DNA of 64,000 nucleotides from assembly GCA_963771885.1 (NCBI GenBank), contig CAVYVF010000001.1, forward strand, positions 1-64,000. The letters are read 5' to 3'. A program made the position numbers and the translations under genes. The notes beneath the pieces were generated by a model that worked only from the letters and a program-made list of their open reading frames with translations, was not told the origin of the DNA and ran no database searches. Positions 42,277 through 53,361 of this stretch are shown here, in pieces. This DNA is from Candidatus Bathyarchaeota archaeon (GTDB lineage Archaea; Thermoproteota; Bathyarchaeia; TCS64). How positions within the stretch are numbered: the first letter of the stretch is position 1; every line of letters starts with the position of its first letter.

Positions 42277-42642
42277 ATAACGCAGAGCGCACAACAAACT
42301 CCATTTTTTACGTGCTTCTCATACACGTCGTGCGTATATGTAAAATCCGCATCAAACACCTTCAACGCAGTAAATCTTTAATCTAGACTGCAGAAACCCT
42401 ACAAATTCAACTATACACAAACAGTTAATTTGTTTTCTACCAGGTGCATGCTTATGTTAGTTTATGCGAAATAAAACTCGTTAAAAAAAAACGGAAGCAA
42501 TCTTGACGCACTTGTATTATTCGATTAATCTGCATAGTAATTAACCTAATTATTGACGAAAAATTGATTAGTTCATATTAAATGCAATTGTTCTAAATAT
42601 ATGGGACAATTATATGATTAAAATATCGGAACATAACCACTC

Positions 42643-44797
42643 TTGGTTACCAATTACACTTTCGAGGTAGCGCCATTGAAGTATGTAAGAAAAAGATCGG
42701 GGAAGCTGCAGGAGTTCAACGCTGAAAAGATCAAGGAAGCCATACTACACGCCTTAATCGCGGTCGGTGAGAGGGGTGATGAGCAGGCGATTGAGCTAAC
42801 GGAGAAAGTCGTGAGGCATCTAGAGAAGAATTTTGGCGAAGACGGAGTTCCCACGATCGAAGAGATCCAAGACGTCGTTGAAAAGACGTTGATAGACAAC
42901 GGTTTGGCGCGCACCGCAAAGGCCTACATAATCTATAGAAAGGAACACCAAGACCTCAGGGAACTCGCTACCATCCTGAGTCAGGATGAGCTCGTGGACA
43001 AATACATAATGAAGGCAGATTGGAGAGTTCGCGAAAACTCCAACATGTCCTTCTCGCTGCAGGGTTTGAACAATTTCCTCTCATCGGAGATCACCTCGAA
43101 GTATTGGCTAAATAAGATCTACTCAAGCAGCATTAGGGAGGCACATGTATCGGGAGAGATCCACATACACGACCTCTCCGTGCTAGGTCCCTACTGTGTA
43201 GGGTGGAGCTTACCCGACCTCCTCCTCTCCGGCTTTAAAGGCGTGTCAGGGAAGATCGAGAGCGCTCCAGCCAAACACCTCTCTTCTGCCCTCGGCCAGA
43301 TCGTGAACTTCTTCTACACACTCCAAGGAGAGGCAGCAGGAGCACAAGCTTTCAGCAACTTCGACTCCTACCTCGCACCATTCATCAAGAACGACGATTT
43401 GAGTGAGAGAAGACTGAAGCAGAATCTGCAGGAGTGGCTATTCAACATGAATATACCCACCCGCGTAGGCTTCCAGACACCTTTCACAAACATCACAATG
43501 GACATCAAAGTCCCAGATTTCCTTAAGGAATGAACCCGTGATAATTGGCGGAAAAATGCAATCCGAGACATACTCTGAATACCAAGATGAGATGGATCTT
43601 TTCAACACCTGCTTCGCAGACGTCATGGAGGAGGGGGACGCAAAAGGCAGAGTCTTCACCTTCCCCATCGCAACCTACAGCATCACTGATGACTTCGACT
43701 GGGAGTCGAAGACCTCTGAGAGCATATTCCGCATGACCGCCAAGTATGGAACCCCATACTTCTCCAATTTCGTGAACAGCGACATGAAACCCGACGATGT
43801 TCGGAGCATGTGCTGCAGACTGAGGATAGACAACAGGGAGCTAAGAAAAAGAGGAGGAGGATTATTTGGGTCAAACCCACTCACAGGGTCAATAGGAGTA
43901 GTGACAATAAACCTCCCCCGGATAGCCTACGTCCAAGGAAACGAAACCAGATTCTTCGAAAAACTCGACGAGCTGATGGATACGTCGCGGGACAGCCTTG
44001 AAAACAAGAGAAAAATCCTTGAAAAGTTTTCCGACGCAGGACTATTCCCCTACTCCTCCTACTATCTACGCAACCTAAAGGAAGCATATGGACAGTACTG
44101 GCACAACCACTTCTCCACAATAGGTCTCATAGGCATGGCAGAGGCCATTCGCAACCTACTAGGAATAAGCATAGCGACGCCTGAAGGGCTAAGCTTCGCA
44201 CAGAAGGTACTCGAACACATGAGGAGCAGGCTTAGCGACTACCAAGACAAGACGGGAAACATCTACAACCTCGAAGCAACACCCGCCGAAGGCACCTCAT
44301 ATCGTCTAGCCAGTATAGACAAGAAGAAGCACCCAAACATCATCGTAGCGAATGAGAAGGAGCTGGCAAAGGGAAGTGCACCATTCTACACCAACTCATC
44401 CCAACTGCCAGTTGATCAAACCACGGACCTCTTCGAGGCACTTGTGCACCAAAACCAGCTTCAGCCCCTATACACCGGTGGCACAGTATTCCACACTTTC
44501 CTCGGCGAGAGAATGCCCAGCTGGAAAGCCACCGCCCAACTAGTCAAGAAGATGACAGGCTCCACTAAGATACCATACTTCACAATCACACCCACATTCA
44601 GCGTCTGCTCAGAACACGGATACATCGCAGGTGAACACTTCAAGTGCCCAACCTGTGAAAAGACCGCTGAGGTCTACTCGAGGGTAGTCGGATACATGAG
44701 GCCAGTAACACAATGGAACGACGGAAAACAAGCCGAATACAGCATCAGAAACACCTTTGACGAGGCAACGCAGAAGACAAGCGTGTTCACGAAATGA
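42643..44797 (+). CDS. nrdD: Anaerobic (class III) ribonucleoside-triphosphate reductase with ATP cone; frameshift near 43530
   Basis: ATP cone (VRKRSG...IEEIQDVVE), IHIHDL, SMCCRL, NLEATPAEG, CxxH...CxxC, glycyl-radical loop SRVVGYMRP. Confidence 0.95.
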
Positions 44798-45468
44798 AGT
44801 TCAGCGGGATCCAGAAAACCAGCCTGATAGATTACCCAGACAACGTCTCCACTATCCTCTTCACACCAGGGTGTAACCTGAGATGCCCCTACTGCCACAA
44901 CTGGAGGATCGTACTCGGAGAAGCAGAGCCCCAGATCTCCGAAGAGGACGCCGTGAAGAGCCTCGAGCAACGTAAGGAATTCATCGACCACGTCGTCATC
45001 TCAGGCGGGGAGCCAACTCTACAGAGAGACCTCCCCAAATTCCTGTCCCGGCTTCAAACCCTCGATTTTAAGCTGAAACTTGACACCAACGGGTTGCTCC
45101 CCGAAGTACTAGAGGAGTGTTTACCATACCTGGACTATGTAGCGATGGATGTGAAGACGTCAATAGAGCGGTACCCGCAACTTGGAGCAGTAGAGCCGGA
45201 CGCTTTGATTAGAAGTATAGGATTACTGAGGGACGGAGGGGTCGACTATGAGTTAAGGTGCACCGCAGCACCAGGGTTCGTTGACCTTGACTCTGTCAGG
45301 GATATGGGGGAGATTGTAAGGGGAGCTAAGAAATTCGTATTCCAGCAATATGTACCCGCGGACACGCTGGAACCACAATTCACCAAGAGTACCTACAGCA
45401 GTAATGAGATATTATGCTTCGCCAAATTGATGAGAAATTACGTCATTGAGGTTCAAATCAGGATCTAA
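44794..45468 (+). CDS. nrdG: Anaerobic RNR activating radical SAM protein
   Basis: GCNLRCPYCHN, SGGEPT, KLDTNG; ATGA overlap with nrdD. Confidence 0.93.
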   Translation: MKFSGIQKTSLIDYPDNVSTILFTPGCNLRCPYCHNWRIVLGEAEPQISEEDAVKSLEQRKEFIDHVVISGGEPTLQRDLPKFLSRLQTLDFKLKLDTNGLLPEVLEECLPYLDYVAMDVKTSIERYPQLGAVEPDALIRSIGLLRDGGVDYELRCTAAPGFVDLDSVRDMGEIVRGAKKFVFQQYVPADTLEPQFTKSTYSSNEILCFAKLMRNYVIEVQIRI

Positions 45469-45779
45469 ACTCTAACCCTCAAATTATCTATAATATTCAC
45501 GTGCGCACGAGTGTGGAAAAACAGAATTTTTCTGGAAATATATAAAAAAAAATAGCGCGCGCAAAATCAAGTCAGGCTTTACAGAACAGATAAGCAGGAC
45601 GCATTTCAAGTTCTTCAAGTCCCTAGGATTGCCTCTCGAGAAGATTAACGGAGTATTCTGCGGGGGTGGCTTGGATCAACTGGAACTAGTTCACGCGATT
45701 ATCGAATAACTTTCGGATACGTACTTGCGCACGCATGAGCTCATCCTGTTGTAAGGATTGACATTCTTTAAAAAAAATG

Positions 45780-47636
45780 TCACCTTCTTCTAAAAAGTAG
45801 AAGCATCATCACGCTAAGTATGACGCCTATCGCGATGACCTCGGTTGGGTAGCCCGGTACCCCACCACCTCCACCCGTGCTTTGAGTTTGCAGAGTTATC
45901 GATGCGGTGACGCTGCTTCCGGCGGTAACTACCGCTGCTCCCGAATTAGTAACATAACCCGACTTGCTCGCTTCAAAGGTGTATGAACCAGCAGCAACAT
46001 TTGTGAAGGTGACGGATCCATCCGTCCCTGAGACGCCGCTCAAGACTGCCTGCCCTGAGGGCGTAGTCTTCGATGATACTGTGGAGCCGATTATAGGTTT
46101 GCCGTCTTTATCTAGAACGGTGATCTTGACCCCGCCGGTGGTTACCGGGGGTGTTGTAACGGTGAAGGCTGAGGACTCGCTTCCCGCGGCGTTATACTGC
46201 GCATTCCCAGCCCACGAAGCCTCAACACTCCATAAGCCCACAACGGATGGCGCATAACTGTCAATATACCTACCATCGCTCCCGGTTATAGCGGTTCTCG
46301 ATAGTTCGGTTGTGCCCGACTTATACTCAACCTGTACAGATGCGCCTGCGACAGCGGGCGTGATTGCCCCAGAGACAGTGAGTGTATCACCTAGTTGGAT
46401 GCTAGATTTGTCTGGAGTACATGTGACCAAGCTTGACTGTTTATTTGAAAGTGGATTATCCTCTCCGACGACTACCCCGGATATCTTACCCGAGTTTTCG
46501 GAGGGGACCGTCACCAACTTGAAGTTGATGCTAGATGTAGTGCTACCAGTGGTGACGGAGACACCGGTCTTTTCCTGTGACTGATAACCGGGTGCTGAAG
46601 CCGATACTGTGTAGGTTCCTGTTGGTAGTCCACTCGCAATCTGGTAAATGCCCTCCGAGTCAGTTAGGTCGTGTCCCGAACCAGCTGAGACACTTGCCCC
46701 GACTATGGGATTATTATCAACGTCTAAGACGACACCCGTAATTATTCCAGATAATTGGATGATCACATCAAGTGTTAGGTTCACATTAGCGGTATCTTGG
46801 CCGACTGTAGCCGCTATGTTTGTTTTCTGGTCGAAACTTACGCCTGAGAAGACGGTCACGGTGTAGGTGCCTGTGCCGAGGCCGCTCTCAATCCTGTAAC
46901 TTCCATCCGCCTCTGTGGTTGCGAATCCGTTATAGTTTTGGCCTCCGTCTGATACGGCGGATACTATTACCCCTCTTACTGGCTGGCCGGTTGGAGTTAA
47001 TACTTTACCCGATATTATTGCGGAGCGATCGAGAGATATGTTGACGTTTTTTGTTTCGACGCCGGCTGTGACGCTCACTGCGCCAATTGTCTTTGAATTA
47101 TGTCCAGAGGCAGAGGTGACAGTGAGGTTATAAACCCCGGTTTCAAGGTTGGAGATTATCTTATAGTTGCCATTCGAGTCTGTATTTGCGAACCAGCCAT
47201 AAGTTTCATTGCTGAATGCCGTGATTATGACATCCGCGATTCCAGCCCCTGACACAGAGTCGATGACCTTACCGCTAATCCCGCCTGAGCGTTTGAGGTT
47301 GAAGTTGATGTTTGCAGTGAGAGATCCGACGGTGACGGGAACTCCTCCAATGTTCTGATTAATATAACCTTCAGCATATGTGGTGACGTTGTAAGTTCCC
47401 GCCGTTAGGCCCTCAGTGATTATGTAGTTGCCATTCGGCAGCGTAAAATTGAATCCGTGCCCATCATCGTTAGTGGCGATTATGATCGCTCCGGAAACAG
47501 GGGAATCGGGGTTCGCGGCCGCGCTGAGAATTGTGGGATACACTATCTGCGACGTTACTCCGAGTATTAATAAGAGAAAGATTGTATAGGATACTATTCG
47601 CTGATTCAAATTATTTTTTTTACTCAAAACTATCAC
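45780..47636 (-). CDS. Surface protein with carboxypeptidase-regulatory-like (transthyretin-fold) repeats and a PGY-type C-terminal sorting signal
   Basis: Repeats ISGKV...TDxxGxYxI..GLxTGTYxVT; ends GGGGVPGYP, TM, RRR. Confidence 0.85.
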   Translation of the reverse strand: MIVLSKKNNLNQRIVSYTIFLLLILGVTSQIVYPTILSAAANPDSPVSGAIIIATNDDGHGFNFTLPNGNYIITEGLTAGTYNVTTYAEGYINQNIGGVPVTVGSLTANINFNLKRSGGISGKVIDSVSGAGIADVIITAFSNETYGWFANTDSNGNYKIISNLETGVYNLTVTSASGHNSKTIGAVSVTAGVETKNVNISLDRSAIISGKVLTPTGQPVRGVIVSAVSDGGQNYNGFATTEADGSYRIESGLGTGTYTVTVFSGVSFDQKTNIAATVGQDTANVNLTLDVIIQLSGIITGVVLDVDNNPIVGASVSAGSGHDLTDSEGIYQIASGLPTGTYTVSASAPGYQSQEKTGVSVTTGSTTSSINFKLVTVPSENSGKISGVVVGEDNPLSNKQSSLVTCTPDKSSIQLGDTLTVSGAITPAVAGASVQVEYKSGTTELSRTAITGSDGRYIDSYAPSVVGLWSVEASWAGNAQYNAAGSESSAFTVTTPPVTTGGVKITVLDKDGKPIIGSTVSSKTTPSGQAVLSGVSGTDGSVTFTNVAAGSYTFEASKSGYVTNSGAAVVTAGSSVTASITLQTQSTGGGGGVPGYPTEVIAIGVILSVMMLLLFRRR

Positions 47637-47839
47637 GAGTAATCTTAGTAAAACATTTTATATGAACTTATAGTTTCTATCTCATATCATAAGAGCTAGG
47701 AATAACTATCCTCTAGCCTTCCTCTTAGCTTTCCCAATCTCTTCATGAGCCGTTCCTTACGCTGTGCGCGATGATAATTTTATAGTGATTTTACGCGAAA
47801 ATTGCGTGTATGACCTCATTCACGTGGGCGACAGATTGA

Positions 47840-48736
47840 ATGGTTTATTGGACGCAGGCATGTAACCCAGTATCAGATGGAGAACAACCCTTGGGAATTT
47901 CACGTAGACTCAGCGTAGTTCAGAGTGCTCGCCTTGCCCAGTACCTGGAGCGTGAGAACTGCATCAGACAGCGCCTAAGAAGTCCTGAGGGATACAAACT
48001 CAGATTCGACAAACCTTACCTACGGGCAAGCGAGATCGCTGAGCAGTACTACTGCGAGAAAAAGGTGGAGATGACCAACATCCACGGCCGCGTGGAGACA
48101 GAGACTAAGAGACAGGGAAGCGAAGGACACGAGTCACTACTCGCGGAATCCACCATAGTCGACCGCGGTGATGTGCTCGAGGAGATATTCTACGGCGACC
48201 AAGTCATCATTCAGGAGATGCCCCTACTCGCTGAGCACAGTGGCGTACCCCTCGTCGGGCAGCCAGACGCCGTCGCCTTCAGGGAAGGCAATCCCACCAT
48301 GGTCCTCGAGGCAAAATTTAGCCACTCACCCCTCCCCTACCGGAGCTACCACGCTCAGGCAAGGGTCTATGGGAGGATGCTCGACGGTGCTGGTTTCGAC
48401 ACAAGCGACTTATTCTACGTGATAGCGGTGGCCCCAAGGGATAGGCGGGGCGACGAAACAATTTTCCGTAAAGTCGTCGATGCTCTTAGGGATAGGGGAG
48501 CCTCCGAGGAGAGCTTCGAGGTCGACGGTGTGCACGTCTACGTCTACGAATACAGGCAGACGGAGGCGGTAAAGGATCTGGATTGGGCCATTGAGTACTG
48601 GACTGGATCAAGAGAAGCGGAGCCCGCGGAAAACGGTGCGAAGTGTAGAAGTTGTGAATATCAAGCGGAATGCATCAACGCCTCGAACTCCCACGATACG
48701 CGTCCACTCAACCCGAAGACTCCATCAAAGGAGTAG
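47840..48736 (+). CDS. Solo Cas4 / Exo5-like PD-(D/E)XK nuclease with Fe-S cysteines
   Basis: ASEIAEQYYCEKK, GSEGH, GQPDAV, LEAKF, QARVY, KCRSCEYQAEC; start may be TTG 47891. Confidence 0.85.
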   Translation: MVYWTQACNPVSDGEQPLGISRRLSVVQSARLAQYLERENCIRQRLRSPEGYKLRFDKPYLRASEIAEQYYCEKKVEMTNIHGRVETETKRQGSEGHESLLAESTIVDRGDVLEEIFYGDQVIIQEMPLLAEHSGVPLVGQPDAVAFREGNPTMVLEAKFSHSPLPYRSYHAQARVYGRMLDGAGFDTSDLFYVIAVAPRDRRGDETIFRKVVDALRDRGASEESFEVDGVHVYVYEYRQTEAVKDLDWAIEYWTGSREAEPAENGAKCRSCEYQAECINASNSHDTRPLNPKTPSKE

Positions 48737-48849
48737 AGATTATAATTCACCGCGCGGTATACATCTAAAAAGCATGCATGACTGCTGCGCTCTAGAAGCG
48801 ATCGAATAAATAAACGAAGCCCCATCATCGTTGTATCTGCTTTCTACGT

Positions 48850-49143
48850 TCAACACCTCGCTCTATGATTTCCAGCGCCTTCAAGTCTCTGAGCTGTTCT
48901 GCCTGTCAGAGTCTCGTTAATTCGCTCGCGAACCAACTGGTATGGCGTATCCTGGGTGAAGATGCCAACCTCTCGTATCCTGAGATATGTCCTACCTAGT
49001 ATCTCCTTATCCTCTCCGACGCTGGCGTAGGAGGACTCTAGCGCAATCTTAATGGTCCCATCCCCCTTAACGCACTGAGGTAGTGTGTTCTTCCTAAGAG
49101 CTAGATCTGTCGTATCCACGGGTTCATCCTCGTCGGAGTTCAA
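48850..49143 (-). CDS. Hypothetical protein
   Basis: 97-aa ORF filling the gap between genes; no recognised motif. Confidence 0.4.
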   Translation of the reverse strand: MNSDEDEPVDTTDLALRKNTLPQCVKGDGTIKIALESSYASVGEDKEILGRTYLRIREVGIFTQDTPYQLVRERINETLTGRTAQRLEGAGNHRARC

Positions 49144-49228
49144 TAAAGTAGTAATACAACCTATTCAAGCTTATCCGTAAACTCGTGCATTCGATTGGAG
49201 CGTGCACTTTTCGCATCGTTTACCTTAG

Positions 49229-49624
49229 CTACCAGAGGCCACCCTTCGTCTGCAGCGTGACCGCTCCCTCAAGCGAGCCGAAGCCTATAGTGCCGAATGT
49301 AAAGGTGTAGTGCCCCGGGGAGATGGTAAGCCAACCGCTCCGATACGAAGTCTGTGATCCCTGGGAGGCAGAGTGGCTCCAAACCGTCACGTTACCAGAT
49401 ACGAGCATCGCCCCCCAAAGGGCGTTTCCATTCGTAACACTCACCTCAATATTGTACCAATCCTGAAGAGGGGGAACATCAAACTCAATGGTTTTCGACT
49501 CAGCACCGAACTTGAATGAAACAGGTATAGTAGCTACAGTCTTGGGGTAGGTTAGGGCGGCGTACCCTCCAACTACTATCAACGCTACTAAGACCAGCAC
49601 TATAGGGACAGAGACCCTTGGCAT
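49229..49624 (-). CDS. Membrane-anchored small beta-sandwich protein
   Basis: N-terminal TM, then beta-rich domain with PGHYTFTF. Confidence 0.7.
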   Translation of the reverse strand: MPRVSVPIVLVLVALIVVGGYAALTYPKTVATIPVSFKFGAESKTIEFDVPPLQDWYNIEVSVTNGNALWGAMLVSGNVTVWSHSASQGSQTSYRSGWLTISPGHYTFTFGTIGFGSLEGAVTLQTKGGLW

Positions 49625-49694
49625 AGATTATGCCTTCTAGTCATACATTAAAAACAATGTGGAGCCTATGCAATAACTCGCACCATGTAGGTAA

Positions 49695-49979
49695 CTAGTT
49701 GATTGTTACCGTCCTCGTATACGAGATCAACTTACCCGCATTAGGAGTACCCAGTTCAAGCCAATCCCTCATAAACTTGAAGTAATTATCCGAGTGCCCC
49801 GGAGCCTCAAAGGCTAGAACAACATTCTCTGCAACGCCGAGGGCGTTTCCCCCAAAAAGCAGAACCAATCCATATTTCTTCGCCATCTCGGTCCACTTCG
49901 GTATGAAGCTCTCCCTCTCCTTGAGTGATAACTGGAGAAACTGCGGAGTAACCATGACGAAGCAGATGTAGTGAACCAT
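49695..49979 (-). CDS. Small hypothetical protein related to 29786..30070
   Basis: AKKYGLVLLFGGNALGVAENVVLAFE...TRTVTI. Confidence 0.7.
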   Translation of the reverse strand: MVHYICFVMVTPQFLQLSLKERESFIPKWTEMAKKYGLVLLFGGNALGVAENVVLAFEAPGHSDNYFKFMRDWLELGTPNAGKLISYTRTVTIN

Positions 49980-50232
49980 GCCCCCACTAGCTACATAAAT
50001 AATATAACATTATCGTATGCGTAAACCTGTGAGCCAGACGGCTTCAACGTCAGAATGACAGAATTCGACCATAGGTCCACCCCGGTAAAAGGTTGAACTC
50101 TCGAAACAAGGCCACAAATAGAGGTGGGGGACGTGAGGTCGACCCAAGCGCGCATAATAGTGCTACGCTTGCAATTCCATGAGAATAAATCCGCATAGAA
50201 AGCAGCTTAATACATAGAAACAAAGTGGAAGG

Positions 50233-51582
50233 ATGATATTGAGCTTGAACGAGGCAAGGACTCGTCTGCTAAAAAAGGGTAAGTCAACTACAGGTCCAGT
50301 AGTTTACTGGATGAGTAGAGACCAGCGCGTCGAGGATAACTGGGCTCTTATCTATGCACAGCAAATAGCGCATGGAACCAGTCAACAGTTATACATAGTT
50401 TTCTGCATTAGCCCAAACTTCCTGAATGCCTCACGGTGGCAATACGAGTTCATGATCGAAGGCTTACGATTAGTTGAACAACAGTCAGCCGCTCTGCAAA
50501 TCCCATTTATACTATTAATCGGCGAACCATCAAGGGAAATACCTAAACTCGTTGAATCGATAGGAGCATCAGCGCTGGTAACAGACTTCGATCCTTTAAG
50601 AACGAAAAAAAATTGGAAACAGGGAGTAGTTGAGGAAATCCAGATTCCCATTTATGAGGTCGACTCACATAATATAGTTCCCTGTTGGGTTGCATCAACG
50701 AAACAAGAATACGCGGCCTATACGTTGAGGCCGAAGATAAACAGGCTTCTACATGTTTACCTTGAGGAATTCCCAACTCCAAAAAAAATGCCGTATAAGG
50801 TGAAGGAGAGGGGTGATGCCTCTAACTGGGATAAGGCTCTTGAACTAATCCCTGAGGACGCCAACAAACCTTCTACTTTACAAAAGTCAGGGTCAGAGAA
50901 CGCGAAGAGAAGCCTACAGAGAATTCATAACCAATAGACTTACCGGCTACTCAGAGGCTCGAAACGATCCTAATTTGGATGGCCAATCAAGGCTCTCACC
51001 ATATCTTCACTTCGGACAAATATCCGCCCAGAGGGTCGCATTGGAGGTAAAAGCTAGTTCTTCAGCCATGATCGATAAAGATGCGTACCTTGAAGAACTC
51101 ATCGTTAGGAAGGAGCTCTCAGATAATTTTCTAAATTACAACGATCATTATGACACTTTTCATTGCCTCCCAGCTTGGTCTAAGAGAACTCTGGACGAGC
51201 ATAGGTGGGACCGAAGAGAATACACTTATAAATTAGCTGAGTTTGAGCGAGCTGAGACCCACGATGAGTTATGGAACGCAGCTCAGAGACAAATGCTCAG
51301 AACAGGAACGATGCATGGCTACATGAGGATGTACTGGGCTAAGAAGATCCTTGAGTGGTCAGCTAGTCCAGAAGAAGCCTTCGAGGCCGCATTAGCCTTA
51401 ACGATAGATATGAGCTCGACGGAAGGGATCCCAATGGCTACGCAGGCATCGCTTGGAGTCTGGGTGGTCTTCATGATAGGGCGTGGGGTGAGAGGCCAAT
51501 TTTTGGAAAGATAAGGTACATGAGCTATAAGGGATGCAGATCAAAATTTGATGTAGATAGATACATAAGAAAATTTAGTTAG
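50233..51582 (+). CDS. phrB: Class II CPD (deoxyribodipyrimidine) photolyase; frameshifts near 50918 and 51397
   Basis: [64 protein letters not shown]; shifted frame gives DGRDPNGY...HDRAW...GKIRYM. Confidence 0.93.
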
Positions 51583-51601
51583 CCAATTTTCGGATAATTA
51601 A

Positions 51602-51664
51602 ACGCGTTTTTCTGAATTAGGTAGCGCGTACACTAGGTCTCGCGTGTATTATTATACGCGCGCG
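51602..51664. repeat. Cluster of four CGCG-core tracts between convergent genes
   Basis: acgcgt, gcgcgtacac, cgcgtgtat, tatacgcgcgcg. Confidence 0.8.
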
Positions 51665-52515
51665 GCGGGAGCCGTTATTGTAAGCAAATCCTCACCTAAG
51701 ACAACTTCACCAGTGAAGTCCCGCCTGACCTCCACAACCATCCTATCAAGTAGTTCACGGGGCTTCTCCCTAATGTGGGTGAGGACCAGCTTGGAAACCC
51801 GGGCGTAACATGCCAGTTTCCCGACCTCGAGAGAACTCAAGACGTGCTTCGAGATAAGCTTGGTATCGAAGTCGTTAACCTCCTCCCCAGAATAATAGCA
51901 TCCCGCCACCATGATATCGGCGCCTCTAGAAAAATCGATAAGTTCTTCGCTGATGACCGCGTCACCCGTGATCACGGTACTCACTCCACCCTCTGAGACC
52001 CGGATTGCATGGCAAGGCCACTCATGCCTACTCAAGCCAAGCCCGTGACCGTGGTTAACATCACACACGTCCACCCTCCAACCGCCTTTAGAGATAACCT
52101 GCCCAGCCACAACATCATGCACCTTAACCATGTCACGTATATCGACCAGCCTCTCCGTGGTTAACGCCGTCTCCTGAAGCCTATACCAGATATCCCTCTC
52201 ATGGGCATCCAGTAGACTCTTAACCATCGCAGAGGTACCCGCCGGCCCATAGACGTTTATAACCCTGTTCGTAGCCAGGTTCCAGCTGCTAAAAAGAAGG
52301 TCAGCCAACCCCGAGGTATGATCAAAGTGAAGATGGGTCAAAAATACATCACTGAATTCGGTCACCTTGACACCGGCTTGAACCAACTGAGTGGAGACAC
52401 CACGCCCAGCGTCAACAATCAGGTTTCCCGAGTCGAGCCTCACCAAAACTGAAGGCCCCATCCTGTTGGGGTCAGGTCTAGGCCCACCTGTCCCAAGGAG
52501 AGTGATCCTCATCAA
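51652..52515 (-). CDS. MBL-fold metallohydrolase, RNase Z/BN-like
   Basis: LLGTGG, VDAG, THLHFDH, TGD, LVLTH. Confidence 0.9.
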   Translation of the reverse strand: MMRITLLGTGGPRPDPNRMGPSVLVRLDSGNLIVDAGRGVSTQLVQAGVKVTEFSDVFLTHLHFDHTSGLADLLFSSWNLATNRVINVYGPAGTSAMVKSLLDAHERDIWYRLQETALTTERLVDIRDMVKVHDVVAGQVISKGGWRVDVCDVNHGHGLGLSRHEWPCHAIRVSEGGVSTVITGDAVISEELIDFSRGADIMVAGCYYSGEEVNDFDTKLISKHVLSSLEVGKLACYARVSKLVLTHIREKPRELLDRMVVEVRRDFTGEVVLGEDLLTITAPAARV

Positions 52516-52778
52516 ATACTCCTCGTCGTCCCACCTAATAACTCGCGCATGAATTTCGGTTAGACCCCGCGCGCTCCTGCGCGTATTCTTACGCTTTGGA
52601 TAGTCTAATTACAATGACAGAACCATTTTGAGGAACGAACCGACAACGCATACGCGCATATCCAACATCGGGTTTAATCATTAGGGTAAACTAGTTGCAT
52701 TAACTATTTTCTTCGAATCACAAGTCCGAAAGAGTCGCCCCAACTCCTTTTAAATAATTATTAACCATATACCTCACA

Positions 52779-53078
52779 CTGTCCCATAACAAGCCTCAGT
52801 TCGAGATATGTCTCGAACTATTAACCCAAGTAAAGCTAGGAAACTGCCACAAAAATGCGCTGATGAGGTGTGCCAATCTGTCACAACATGAATTTGAGGA
52901 ACTAGTATCTCCCCTACTATCAAACAATATATTGATACAAATGAGGGGCAGCGAAGCCACGGGGTCCCAGTATCAGCTCACTTCCCAAGGCGAACATTTC
53001 ATCGACTTCCTCATCCTCGGACTCAACTATGTAGAACTTGGGGACAACACTGAAAAACCGAAAGTTATGCATGGATAG
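52779..53078 (+). CDS. Winged-helix protein (HTH_45-like), probable CTG start
   Basis: In-frame extension of ORF 52863: KPQFEICLELL...KNALMRCANLS...YQLTSQG. Confidence 0.7.
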   Translation: MSHNKPQFEICLELLTQVKLGNCHKNALMRCANLSQHEFEELVSPLLSNNILIQMRGSEATGSQYQLTSQGEHFIDFLILGLNYVELGDNTEKPKVMHG

Positions 53079-53145
53079 AGGGATATCGAGCTAACTACAT
53101 CAGCTCAAGAACCTAAGATAGATCTTCTTCACCTATACATCGAAT

Positions 53146-53361
53146 TCAATCAGACTTTAAACCGAGAAGCGCCATCGTCTTATCGGATAACGCATATCTC
53201 TTCCCACAAGAGGTGTTCAGCACCAGAATACCCAGCTTCTTCATATGTTCACGGGTAACCTTGTTCAAAACTTTACTGGCAATGATTCCGGAGTACATCT
53301 TAAGAAGAGCAGATCGATTAAACTCCACCATGTTTTTGAAGCTATATTCTTCAAAGTCCAT
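53146..53361 (-). CDS. Small hypothetical protein, possibly wHTH-like
   Basis: ATG 53361; KKLGILV...RYALSDK. Confidence 0.5.
   Translation of the reverse strand: MDFEEYSFKNMVEFNRSALLKMYSGIIASKVLNKVTREHMKKLGILVLNTSCGKRYALSDKTMALLGLKSD

Noticed and set aside
43525..43545. TGA inside nrdD as selenocysteine or readthrough, or a naturally split or intein-containing NrdD
   Set aside because: The downstream part is in a different frame; removing one base gives continuous PDFLKNEPVIIGG, and no intein motifs are visible.
47640..49200. CRISPR-Cas locus around the Cas4-like gene
   Set aside because: No repeat-spacer array and no cas1/cas2 or effector genes seen in the window.
50040..50160. Possible structured RNA or tRNA-like element in the spacer
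   Set aside because: Only a short GC pairing is possible; no cloverleaf, T-loop or recognisable ncRNA motif.
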